Assembly (NCBI GenBank): GCA_038496445.1
Contig: JALMLS010000199.1
Location: 1 to 64,000, forward strand
DNA length: 64,000 bases
DNA from: Trichosphaerium sp. ATCC 40318
Taxonomy: Eukaryota; Protista; Tubulinea
Direction: 5' to 3'
Below, in pieces: positions 10,943 through 23,307 of this stretch; the stretch's first letter is position 1, and each line of letters opens with the position of its first letter. The notes under the pieces are model-generated. The model did no database searches. It was not told where the DNA came from and saw nothing but the letters and a program-made list of their open reading frames with translations. The position numbers and the translations under genes are program-made.

Positions 10943-12600
10943 ATGACACTTTTACTGTACATCTCGTTTCTCTGCCTTCTTCCTTCTGTAATATCTTTCG
11001 GAACTGTGAGGCAATTCAACGTGATAGATCCAGTTGGATTCAATGAGGTCAAAGAAAAAGGTGTAGCTTTCGATGCAGTCACCAACAGATACTTGGTAAC
11101 ATGGAAAATAACTGGACGAGACTCTTCAGGAACATTCAATCTATTCAGAGCAAGATTCTACGATCCAAACGGCACTGCTTTGACTGATGTTTTCTTTTTT
11201 CCTTTGGGCAGTGAGGTGCCAATATCTCCAGATATTGTCGGTACTGGTACAGGATCGTACTTGTACTACTTCAGATCGCGAGGAAGCCAAACCACAAGAG
11301 TAAGAGGAATCCTTCTTGATCAAAACGGGTTAATTATCAAACCAACATTTCCAATAAGTCAATCATCAACAAGTAGCCAAAACGCAAAACCAAGTGCCGC
11401 CTTCAACAGTGATACAAACAAATATATGGTAATATGGGCCACTCAAGATATCGTACTCAGACAAAGAGAATACGCTATATTTGGAGCATCAGTTGACCCT
11501 GTAACTGGTGATGTATCTCCTCAATTCAGAGTATCTATTTTTAATGATATCGAATGGCAAGTGCGATCAAGAATAGCTTACAACACATTTACCAAAAGTT
11601 TCTTTGCTGTTTGGCAAACGAAAGCAGACAATATACAAGGAAGTCATATCATCGACAGTGGAAGAGTAAATGACTTTGAAGTAAGTTTCGGAGCAGGAAC
11701 CAGACCCAATGTGATATCTCATGGAACAAAAGAGGAGTTTCTTGTTCTTTGGAAAGGAAATCCGATCGCTGCTCGTAAAGTCGACGGAGCTGGTATCGCT
11801 GGATCAGAGGTACAGCTATTGGACCCTAGTATCTTGACAGACACTCCATTTGGTACATTCTCGGTGTTCGAAGGTGCATACGTACTTGCATACGACCAAT
11901 TAGGAACTGAAAAACAATACAAGTTCGCAAAACTAGATGAAACGTACGACTATCCTTTCTTTTAGTATCTTTTTATTCCTTTCGTTTCTTATTCTTTTCT
12001 TGTAGTACACTTGAAATAACAGATGATGTTGATCTTTTTACTGGAACAAGAATAACAGACGATCTCGTTATAGCTGCTGATACATCTAACATTGTTGGAT
12101 TTATGCATGTTTCATTCGCTTCAGATGAATCCTTACTTGCTGGTGTCTCTATCTCATCATTGCTTCCGCCGCCTACTCTACCTCCTACAACACAACCTCC
12201 AACGACAACTCCACCTACAACAAACCCACCAACAACACTACCTCCAACAACAGAGCCACCTGTTGAACCTTTGGCAACAACACTACCACCAACAGATGCT
12301 CCTACTCTTGAACCAAATACGATAGCGGCAGCTCTAGCTCCTCCACCAAGTGGTTTGGAATCATGGGCAATCGCTATTATCGTCATTGTAGTACTTGTTG
12401 TTATTGCAGGTATTCTGGCAATCATTTTGGGCGCCTACTTTTGTCGCCGTGGTGGTACAATAGAGAAAGGACATGAAATCAATGTCAGTGTAAATCAACC
12501 TAATCCTCAACCCGTACCTCAACCCGTACCTCAAGTATCAACTCATCAAGCTGTTCCAATGGGATTACCTCTTCATCCACAATACAAGCAAACTGTATAA
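10943..12600 (+). CDS. Beta-propeller/PT-stalk type I membrane protein (copy D, intact)
   Basis: Exon 1 10943-11943, intron 11944-12005, exon 2 12006-12600. Ectodomain nearly identical to copy A; TM and tail diverged. Confidence 0.87.
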
Positions 12601-12658
12601 AAAAAATTTTCTGTTCAATAAAACTGTTTCTATCTTCCACCTTTATTAAAAGTTTATG

Positions 12659-15600
12659 TCAAAGGTATATAGCTATACGCTGATATATTGTCTGAACTAA
12701 GCCACGAATGAACATATCATCAGTTTCGTTTTCTTTGTCAAGAAAAATCTTCAGCTAAAAAGGCAAGAGTGTAAGCACAAAGGTAGTGCGAGTCAAAACA
12801 CTGAAAAAAATTTTAAAATTCAAAGATTTCACAAAAAGTTTTTTTGCCTTGTGATGGCCGATACGTGGTTAAAAGTTGAATGATAATTATGTCAATTACC
12901 TTTGGTAATGCTTCCGACCATTCTTCTCGGTCATACTTTAATTCAACATGAGCCATCAGTACCAAACCAAAAAGTTGTAAACTAGCTTCCTTTACTCTGA
13001 AAATCCATTCAAAATCATGAGGTCTGAACCCTTCACCATCAAAGTAATCTGTATTACTATTTAGGTCGTTTTCATAACTTATACTACATACCAGATGAAT
13101 CATTGTTCATATCAAGTGCAATTTCTTTAATCTTTGACAAGAGAGATTCATCAAGAGTTTTATCTATTTTAGACATTAACTGTTTTTCGTCAGAAACTCA
13201 GCTTACTGTAACTTGCTGCCACTCTTGAAATTATTAACACCAATTGTAAAATATGATGTTTTGAACTACTTGGATCATCTAATAAACCAACCAGCTTTGG
13301 TAATTGTGGACCAAGCGCCTCACCAACTGAAGAATAAAATTAAAGGAATTAGCGCAAAACAAACCTCACCTTCTTTTGCTAAAGATAAGTTGGAGAGTAC
13401 GAAGATGCTGTCATTTTTCATTTCAGTGGTGCCTAAATAACAGCTAAATAAGAAGAAATCCACTGTCAAGAAAACGATGGTTACCTGAGATGGCCATAGT
13501 CACAATCAAAGAAACAAGTTCTGCTCTCTAAGAAAAAACTAAGAAAAAAATCACGTGCTTAAAATTTTCTATAGTCCTAACCTGTAACACGTGTACTCTT
13601 AGATCAGGTATATGATCACAATAGTTTCCCACACAATGAAGCAAATGACATCTAGGAGAGCTGAAACCCTCGTCTTCTTCTTCTTTCTCCTTCTTTACAT
13701 CAATCTTTAATAATTCTTTAAAAATAATTTCTCTTAATTCATCATCATGCAGCCAATAAGCATCTGTCTTATCTCCACCACCTAGACCAAATATTTAGTA
13801 AGAACATACAAAAAGTGTGAACATGTGACTAAAGGTCAGAGCTCAAATGCGAAAGAAAAAACATAGGCGAAGCGTTTTGAAGTGAATTGCAATTGCAGCT
13901 GTTTTAGCGAACTGAGGTTGTATCAACATTTACTACTTACTATATCCAGCGTTGTCTAGTATAACACATAGTTTTTTATATAACTTAGGCTCAACTCCAT
14001 CAATATTAGGAAGTAATGCAATTATTCCTGTCCATCCTTTTCTCTTATCAATAATTTTAGTACACTCAGCTAGAAATTGAGTGGTAAGTATCAAGCACAT
14101 ACTCTCTTTGATGTACGTACTATAACCGCAAATACTACCCATCAATGATGCACCTGATTCCAGATAGGCGTGATCAAGTGGCAAAGCAACAAAGTCACAA
14201 ATAATACCGATGAGTTTAATAGAGATTTGCTTATGTAATTGATTACTTTCCATTGTATCATCATGTTCAAGCCTTCGCAGAGTAGTACCAACGATCACAA
14301 CACAGTCGATTAGGAATGTATCATTCCCGTTTTGCATTTCTACGATAGCGCTTATCTTTCCACGACCTGGAAACAAAGGCGTGAGGAAAACCTTCGGCAC
14401 GTGATATCAAGATAATTTCCAAATTCAATTAAAACAATACTTAGAGGACGATTGCACAAGTATTCATAGAAATGTAGGTTTTTAACAAAAGACACAAGTA
14501 TGAGCTTTGATAATGTTTGTGCACGAAAAAAGATAAAATGAAATGAGAAGAAAGACAAAGAGTTGTACCTGTGTACTTGGGCATTTCGATCCTCATTTTA
14601 TCAACTATTGAAAACAATAAATCTTTATCATTTGACAGATCACAGTAAGTTAAAATACGGGCAGCACTGCAACGAAGGTGAGGTTTGTCTAGCCAAATTT
14701 TAACACATTTCATAATTCTCTTCGTTCTCATCTTTTCAGCCATCTCTAGATACTCCTCTCCCTCCAACGCTTTACACAAATGTACATAAGCATAAACACA
14801 GTTTTAAGAAAAAAAGAAGAATAGAATTGTTCCACTGAAATGCTGAACAATGAACGTACGTTGAAGCTGCCCGAAAATATACCTTATAGCTTCAACTATT
14901 CCTTCTTCAGCTTCAAGATTCTCTTTCCAATCTTCAACTCTATCAAGTAACTTATCAAGTAAACCAACAGCGTGAGCACGCCTAGCTACATTCTTTGTAA
15001 CCTCAGAATCTTCTTCACCACAAATAAAAGTCGCAAGCGCCTGAAATGAAATGATGGTTAAGAAACGTAGAGAGTCTTTCGGTATACACATACATAAGCC
15101 AATATTGTACTTGCTACTTCTATGGCAGAAGAAAATACACCAAAGTAACCGATAGGATCCTTACTGCCGTCTTTAGATAAATCAGCCAAACAGTTCAAAA
15201 CGAAAATTACTTCTTCAACACGATCGGCGCGTATACATAAATCAATACAGCTTGTGTATGTATCCATTAGCTCAGGGTGTTTAGTGCCATACATAACAGC
15301 TATATCCTCATCCTGTGTAAGAAAACCTGTCAGCAAAAGGAATAGGTGTAGTGCTAAGCCCAGAACTAAAGAGATACTTTGCTAACAACAGAAACTTGTT
15401 GCACACCACTGGGGCTTTCGAGAAATGTATAAACGTACAATAGCAAGTTTTAGATTTGGGTCATAAAAGCCAGTAGCTTGTGCATCCTCAAAAAAGAGTT
15501 AATTGGTTGCCATTAAAGGTGAAGTACTCTCTCTTTGTTTGACCTTAGCCAATCACGTGTACAACTTAAAAAGATTCGTGCATAACAAAAATGACAACTT

Positions 15601-16082
15601 TGTCACGTGACGAATCAGGAGAAATTTTTTTAGACGAATTCGTACCTCGTAGAGCTCTGCAAACATGACACGTTCCTTTTTGACACGGTCAACATACATT
15701 TTGAACCAATCTCTTAAAACTTGTCAAAATCAATTATTAGCGTTTATATTACCTTGGTTGTGCGTCTTGGAACTGTATAGCTAGTTCTAATTCGTTTAAA
15801 TACCATTTTCGCGCGTACAATCGGCGGTAAAAATGAACGTTGGTGGCAAGGCAGATATCAGCGAATCTAAGGCCATATGAGGTTTGTTTTAGGGTTAAAG
15901 TACCTTTTACAAGTAATAATAATATTTGTAAAGTCAGCAAGCGCTGTTATTTCTGAGAATACGTTTACAAGAAGCTCGTTAGGTATATCGTCAAATGAGA
16001 GCGTCAAAGATTCTTGTAATACAGAATCAGGTATAGCACGTTTTGCAGCACTGCTATCTTCGGTAGAGCTAAGCGCACTCAT
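12659..16082 (-). CDS. F-box protein with ARM/HEAT-like helical repeats
   Basis: N-terminal SFDDIPNELLVNVFSEI...IIITCKR (F-box), then DWFKMY and multi-exon helical repeats (VIFVLNCLADLS, SIFVLSNLS, ASLQLFGLVLM). Confidence 0.7.
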
Positions 16083-16190
16083 GAAGCCTCTTATAACCGA
16101 CGTTTTCTTTAAACTTAAGACAGTTGACTTCAAGTTCTGCCAGTTTTTTGTTTCAAATTTCCTCTACTTGCAGTACAAGGCTTCAATTTA

Positions 16191-17595
16191 ATGCTTAACT
16201 CTATTTCTCGCGTTCACCGTTGTTCTACTGCTACTGTAAATAGACGAAGAAGTGCTAGAACTATTAAAGTTCAAAAGAGATTTAATAGCACGGAAAATGG
16301 TTCCATTGGTGGTAAAAACGCGTTAGTTACTGGTTCTACATCTGGCATAGGTAGTTCAACTTTGTTTTGTTTAAATGACATTTTGTAGGCCTTGGTATCG
16401 CTAAAGAACTCGCTAAAAACGGTATAACAGACGTCAAACAAATAACGTTTAACAGCTTTTAATCAAAAGGATGTAATATCGTTTTAAACGGCTTTGGTGA
16501 TATCAATGATATCAATAAGATTGTCAGCGATATTAAAGAATCACACGGAGTGAAGGTGTCATACTCAGCCGCTGACTTGTCAAAAGTACGCCAGAGATAG
16601 TCCAGCCACTCTTAAGCATGTCAATGTAGCCTGACATGATCACTGATATGATGAAAGAAGCTAAAGATAACCTTGGTGGCATTGACATTCTTGTGCGTCT
16701 TTTCACCAGAAAACATGGACAAACTGTTCGTTTCGGTATCACCGCATTTGCTTCTCTACGATTTTAATTGAACATGCATAGGTAAACAATGGAGGGATAC
16801 AACATGTTTCTCCTATTGAGAGCTTTCCAGGGAACATGTGGGAGAAGGTTTGTCAACAACAATAAAAAAAAGAAAATAAAAACTGTTGTATCTTACTCTT
16901 CGCTTGTAGGTCATTAGCATAAATTTGAGTGCTGTATTCTACGCCACAAAAGCTGCAATACCACATATGAAGTACGAGAAATAACTTTGTAATTTTACAG
17001 CTACCCACGTGGTAGCTTTTTACTTTTTTTTTGGTTTTCCTGACATTACTGTTAGGGAGAAAGGATGGGGTCGTATCATCAACACTGCTTCTGTACATGG
17101 TCTTGTTGCATCTGCAAATAAGGTATGTGCTAAAATTATATTATTCTTCTTCCTAACAGATTGCAATAAGTCTGCTTATACTGCAGCAAAACATGGCGTT
17201 GTTGGTATGACTAAAGTTGTAGGCTTGGAGCTTGCAGGATCGGGTATGAGTGTCTGTGTACTTCTACTTTTTATTGTGATGTAGGTGTTACAGCTAATTG
17301 TATCAATCCTGGTTGGGTTCATACTGAGTTGGTTGAAAAACAAATAAGAGCGAAAGCAAGTGAACAAGGTAACAATCTTTCGCTTGCAAGTGGCTTGGTT
17401 TTTTCTTAAGCTTTGTATTCTATAGGTATACCTTATGAAGCGGCTGTTGAACAATTGCTTGGAGAGAAACAACCTTCAAAGCAGTTTGTTACAGTCGAGC
17501 AAATAGGACAGACAGCTGTGTTTTTATGCAGTCCTGCAGCTAATCAAATGACTGGTACTTGTCTTACAGTAGATGGAGGATGGACGGCAAACTAG
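16191..17595 (+). CDS. 3-hydroxybutyrate dehydrogenase (bacterial-type SDR) with mitochondrial presequence
   Basis: ALVTGSTSGIG, VLNGFGD, NNGGIQHVSPIESFP, WGRIINTASVHGLVASANKSAYTAAKHG, LLGEKQPSKQFVT, TVDGGWTAN. Confidence 0.9.
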
Positions 17596-17776
17596 AAATG
17601 TGTTGGTTTTTCAGTAAATGAAAAAGTGTTTTAACATAGCAAAGTTTATTGTCTTTACACTTCTTTTTTTATACTATGCTCACTGCCATTGCAGCCCTGT
17701 TGTTAAATGTTCCAGTTTAAACAAAGCACTACTTCAGTACGAAAAATGAGAGAGGAGCCACACTTGACATGTTTGT

Positions 17777-18750
17777 CTATTGTTTGATTGTACTGTAGGC
17801 TTTTTGCAGATGCCCTGATATATAATATTCTTTCTTTTGTATTTGCCCTTGACGTGACCACACTGTGTGTTCTCCTTCGAGTTTGCTATTGACGTAATGC
17901 CATTGTTCGCATAATTTACCATTATCATGCCATACCTTTGACTCCCCTGTTTGTTTACCAGCAACAAAATGAAACTCCTTCCATAGCACACCATTGCGAT
18001 GCCATTTTCTATAAACTCCTTCAAAATTACCATTAACATATTTATATTGACTCTCCAACTGCCCATTGTAATACCACTCTTTGAAGTTGCCCTCTGGTTC
18101 ATCGTTGTGATATTCACCAATACGTTTTACTTGACCATTTGAATGCCACCTCTTTGTAACACCTTCACGGCAATCATTGACATATTGGCGCCTTTCTACT
18201 TTACAGCCACTACAATTCCATGCCATGTAAACTCCTTCTTGTTTACCATTAACATAGTTAGTCTTAAGTTTCAGTTTACCATTGTAAAACCACATCTTGT
18301 AAACACCATGTATCTCTCCTTTGTCGTAATTATACTTCTCCATTATTCTACCATTAGAATGATACTTCCTGTACTCACCTTGTTGTACACCATCAACATA
18401 TTGACAAGTCTCAGATAATCTACCAGCAGCCCATTTTTTATACATTCCTTCTTGTTTATTTCTGAAATAGTTATGTTCTTTGTACAAGTTGTACTTTTTC
18501 TTAAATCCAAGAGTTTTTTTTACCCATTTTCCTTGTTTATTTAGTTCGGCATCAAACCTTGTGTTGATTGCTGCTTGTTTTGATAGTAATGGCCATTTTA
18601 TATACAAATTGTAGTCTATATCTATTATATCAAGTTGTAGCTCCAAAGGAAGGCGAAATAGATGGCAGACATGCGATTTTAGCGTATTAATCTACACAAT
18701 TATTGTAAGTAAGCGCACTGTATAAACTGTGTTACCTCAGTTGTTGTCAT
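17777..18750 (-). CDS. F-box-like + MORN-variant repeat protein (intact)
   Basis: Exon MTTTE (18750-18736), GT-AG intron, then INTLKSHVCHLFRLPLELQLDII...LLSKQAAINTRF, followed by about 9 24-aa repeats GxYxxWxxNGxL. Confidence 0.8.
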
Positions 18751-19149
18751 CAAAACTAAGTACAATGGATGGTCGCAGAAGAACACTGACTTCATTTCTC
18801 ATTTTCTTCGCTTGGGAGTCTGAGGGTCAGGAACACTAGAACCACCAAGACAGAGACGGAATTAGCTTATTTTAAAATCAGGCGAATGAAGACACGCGAT
18901 CTACAAACAAAAGAAAAGAAATCTTTTCGCTGGCACTTGTAGGCAGACTTTCGCCCGTTAATTGTTTTTATTACCCAAGTGTCACAATGTGAATAGAGGT
19001 GGTATACAGTGCGCCGTACACAACATTGTGGCGAATAATGGTGTCTAAAATAAAATAATTTGGAAAATCCCTAATCAGCTGCTATCAGTACCGTGTTACA
19101 TGCCTCGAGTATGTTATGTCAATTTACGCCATTACATTCCATTTTAAAG

Positions 19150-19497
19150 CTACTTGTATCTTCTATACCTTGCTTTTCGTTTATCCATCCTGTTACTCAT
19201 CGCAACGCGTGCTGCAAGGTTTTTTTGATGTTTTCTGCCAACTGTATGCGCCAAGTAATTATCTTCAGATTTATGATATGTGGTGCATAGTTTACAAACA
19301 AAGCGACCCTGACGGTCCTTAATAAGGTATGGATCTTTAGATAAATCAGTTGTAGATCGAGCAATTTCAGCCATTTTCTCTAGCCGCCCGCGCATGCCTG
19401 CATTATTACCCTTATTGCCTGATTTCTTAATACCACCAGATTTGACGCTGGGCGTCGTAGGCTTTTTCGCTGGTTTACCTTTGCTGGTAGAAGACAT
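19150..19497 (-). CDS. SF3A2/Prp11-like matrin-type zinc-finger protein (ZnF region only)
   Basis: DLSKDPYLIKDRQGRFVCKLCTTYHKSEDNYLAHTVGRKHQKNLAAR matches the SF3a66 U1C-type finger. No C-terminal SF3A2 beta-sandwich recognised. Confidence 0.7.
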   Translation of the reverse strand: MSSTSKGKPAKKPTTPSVKSGGIKKSGNKGNNAGMRGRLEKMAEIARSTTDLSKDPYLIKDRQGRFVCKLCTTYHKSEDNYLAHTVGRKHQKNLAARVAMSNRMDKRKARYRRYK

Positions 19498-19605
19498 ACG
19501 CACAAGCTCCGATAACAACAGTAAAGCAGTAACAATAAAAACCGTCAAACTAAATTCAACAATCAATCTTGTTAAAAACGGAAAGTAAGTCAAAAAACTG
19601 CAATT

Positions 19606-22600
19606 ATGGTAAGTGTATATTCTTTGATTTTATACAATGTGAGTGCCAGATAGAACAACAAAGACTCAAATATTGCTACTAGAAAGTCTAAACAATGGTG
19701 GTCAATCTACTGGTCACTCTGATAAGTAATGCTTTGGCTTGTAAGCTATTTCCCGCTTGGTGTTTTCTACGGATACTCAGGTCCACTGAATACATGCGGG
19801 CTTTAGGGGATTGTTGGGTCCTTTAAGTTGCGTCTACTTATTTACACCAGCATTGTATAGAACGACAATTAGCTGTGATGCACAAGTCGTACTCAGTGCC
19901 TGTTTCATCGCGTAACTCTAACAAAGCGTTGGAAATAGCGGGTTGGACTAACAAATCCTCTATATGGTATTAATTCTGCTTAGTAATGGAGGCGGCGGGT
20001 TTGAAGAGCTATGATATAACTGGGGCTTCAGATCCGTACTGCAAAGTTTACTACAACAATCAAAAGCGTGCGTATAGACACTAAAAGCGTACAGTAACCT
20101 TTGTGTTAGGTAAAACACGAACTGCTCACAATACGCTATTTCCGGTACATCAAATACCGTCAACTTGTACTAAATGCGCATAGGCGTACGCTGAGACATT
20201 TGTGTTTAAAAAGGGGAAAATAGTCGATAGCGTGCTGATTAAACTCAAGGATAAAGATCTAGGGCCTAAGAAGGACGATAAAGTACAATAAACGAAGTTT
20301 TCGCGTTTATGTTCTAACTCATACCCCAGATGGGCTCCATTACTATTCCTGCTTCAGAACTATCACAAAAGACCTCAAACGACAAGTGGTACGTACTATC
20401 AAAGAAGGACAAGCAAAAACACGGAAAATTACGAGTCAAATGGCGCTGGGTGTCTGTGATACCTGTACGTATCCATTTAAAGCGTAAAATCAACAATTTG
20501 ATGGGTTTAAAAGCTTGGTATAGCTTTTTCTGACTTTGTGTCCGTAAAATAGGGTGTACCGCCAAAACCTTTTCTTGATATAATGATGCAAGGGTTCTTG
20601 AGTATTAAAGCCTCTGGATTACACGTTCACAAGAAGATAAAATGGTTTGAGTTTAAAGATCATATACTACTTTGGAAGAACGTTTCTGAAGCCCGTTCAG
20701 GTTCATTACATAGGCTTACAGTACGTTAAAACTATTTAGATACCAAATACTTTATTTTCTTGAGGGGCAGTTTATATATATTACATTAGACCCAAGTGTC
20801 ACATTTTCTTATTTTATTCTGTATTTTGACTAGTTTTCTTCGTTTTTTTGTTTTTCTTTGTGTTCATATTGTTTTTATAGGATGGAGTTATAGCTGGGGC
20901 TATTAGTGTTCTTGATTGTACACTTTTAAGGAGAAGCAGTACTGCTCTTGCTATAATATCGCCTCACAAGACAGTAAAGAATATTGAACTAGTAGCTAAT
21001 ACAGAGGCTGATTTGAATGTATGGTATCACTTACTATGTGTTGCTGTAACAGGTACATACTAAAGAGCGTATTTACGACAAACTTGCATCTCATAATAAG
21101 CGTACTAACTCAGGAGTAAAGGTAACAAAAATCCTACATCTTCAGTTGAAGGAACACTGAGTGTAACTATTCACCAAGCTACTGGTCTTAAACATACTGA
21201 AAGATTGCGTATGTGACAAGTAAATAACATTGCACTCTTTTTAAACATAATATAGGAAAATCTGATCCGTATGTGGCGTTCTTAGTTGGTAGCAAACAAG
21301 ACAACACGGAACCTCAAAAAAATACCCTAACACCAGTATGGGATCATAAAATAGAATTGTACGTGATGACCAGCTGCCCTCCATCAACTTTTTTACCTAT
21401 GTGTTATTGATGTTTGACTAATATTATTGCTTGTGTTAGTACCACAAGAAGCCACGAGGTTGCCAATGTATTGGTTGTCGATGACAATACACACGAAATA
21501 TTCGGTCAGTCTTTTTTTCTCCTTAGTACATACTTGTGATTGTTAATTATTTTCAGGTCGATGTGTTATTCCTTTAGATCAATATACCAACAGTCCACCT
21601 ACTAAGAAAAAATGGTTTCCTTTGACTAATGTCAAAGGAGCTGTAGCAAAAAATGAAAAAAAAGGAAGGCTACAGATTTCTTTGATGTATACAACTACTC
21701 AGGTTGTTACAAAGTACTCTGCTACAAGAGTTTTTGGAGCACCTTTGACTTCATTATTCAAGAAGCATGGTGGTGTTCCACCAGTTTTAAACACATGCAT
21801 TGAACACCTTAAAACGTGCGTCCTTTTTTGAAAACAAGTCTGACGCCTTTGCTCATTTTATGATGAAATTAACATGTGAGTATAGATGTGGCTTGGAGCA
21901 AGTAGGTCTTTTTAGATTAGCTGGAAGTCGTAGTGATATGAGACAGCTTCAGGTGTCCATTGATAAAGGTACAGAAGAGAATTGTTTAGAAAAGTTGTTT
22001 TGGCCTTTTTTTTCGGGATGAAGATTACGCTCTAGAACGGATAGATGAACACTCCTCTTTGTATGCTTTAAGAGTGATACAAATAAGCTTTCTTTCAACA
22101 CCAGCTTGTATCACTCTTTTATCACTCAGAGACTTCTGTGATCACAACCAATTGCACCTTAAAAAAACCTCATTAGTTTAAGTCTGACCTTATTCCTTTT
22201 TAAATCTCTTTTGTTTCTCTTTAGTTGGTTCATACTGACTTGTTTTCAAGGGAAGAAAATAGATCTAACTACTGTAAAGAGCGTTCATACTGTAGCTTCA
22301 TTAATGAAGCATTTCTTCCACGACCTACCTTGTCCGCTGTGTACCTTTGATTTGTATCAAGATTTTCTTGGACTTCATGGTACGCCCCTTTATTCAACGC
22401 CTTCACCATCCTGTTCCACTTTTTCAGTCCCAATCCTTTATTGCACTCGGTTCTTCTTTGTTTCTAATTCATTTTTTGCGTAGCTCTTCCTACTAAAGAA
22501 GAAAAACTTAAGCAAGCAAAAAAAGCAATATCATCTCTTCCTAAATGTAATAGAGAAACACTATTGTTTCTTCTTTCATTTTTAAATCAAGTTTCTTCAC

Positions 22601-22854
22601 ATAGTGATCAAAATAAGATGACATATGCAAATCTTGCAATTGTTTTTGGTCCTAACCTCCTAAGAGCAAAGTACGTACCGCCAACAAAGACAAGTTGGTT
22701 TTGTTTTTGTTGCTTTATTGATTTTCGTCATTGTTTTGCTATGTTGTTATACTCACTTTACTTTAGAGGAGATAGTCTTAATGTATTAGATGTAGTAAAT
22801 GTCAATACATCTATTGCATTTCTCATTGAATTTGTTGATGAGTGTAAAGCATAG
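19606..22854 (+). CDS. C2-PH-C2-RhoGAP protein
   Basis: C2 (EAAGLKSYDITGASDPYCKV; GKSDPYVAF...KNTLTPVWD), PH-like (KRRFLKL...EADLNVWY), RhoGAP (VFGAPL, GLFRLAGS, VHTVASLMKHFFHDLPCPL, NKMTYANLAIVFGPNLLR). Start uncertain. Confidence 0.85.
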
Positions 22855-23307
22855 CGAAAAAAATAAGAAAAAATTATCTAAGTTGACGAAAAAAAAAAAG
22901 TAAATTAATGTATTTTATTCATCCTGTTTTCATTTAGCCTAGCATTTCAAACCATTCGTTTGAAATAGTGTTCAATAGGTCAGCCTCAAACATATTATTT
23001 GGCAGTGAGCCACCCAAAGTCAGATTGTCGTCCAATAGTTGAAGCGACACCAGGACGTTGCATTTCCATCTATGTGCTATTTGCTAGGCAAACCTAGATC
23101 ATGTACTATAGGCTCCAATCTTTACTATTGTTGCCATACATCTTTTTATAAGTTTTAGAGTGCGGAAGAGATATTTTAATCATCAAAAAGAAGCAATTAA
23201 GCCACTTTGTGTCAATCAATGAATTAAGTGAACGAGTTATTTTTGTGTATTCTTCGATATCAAGCTTACCTAGTCTAAAATGGGTAATAAAAAGGAGCAA
23301 GCATGCG

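Noticed and set aside
18880-18960. U5 snRNA-like AAATCTTTTCGC stretch
   Set aside because: Invariant loop 1 (GCCUUUUAC) is absent and no Sm site was recognised.
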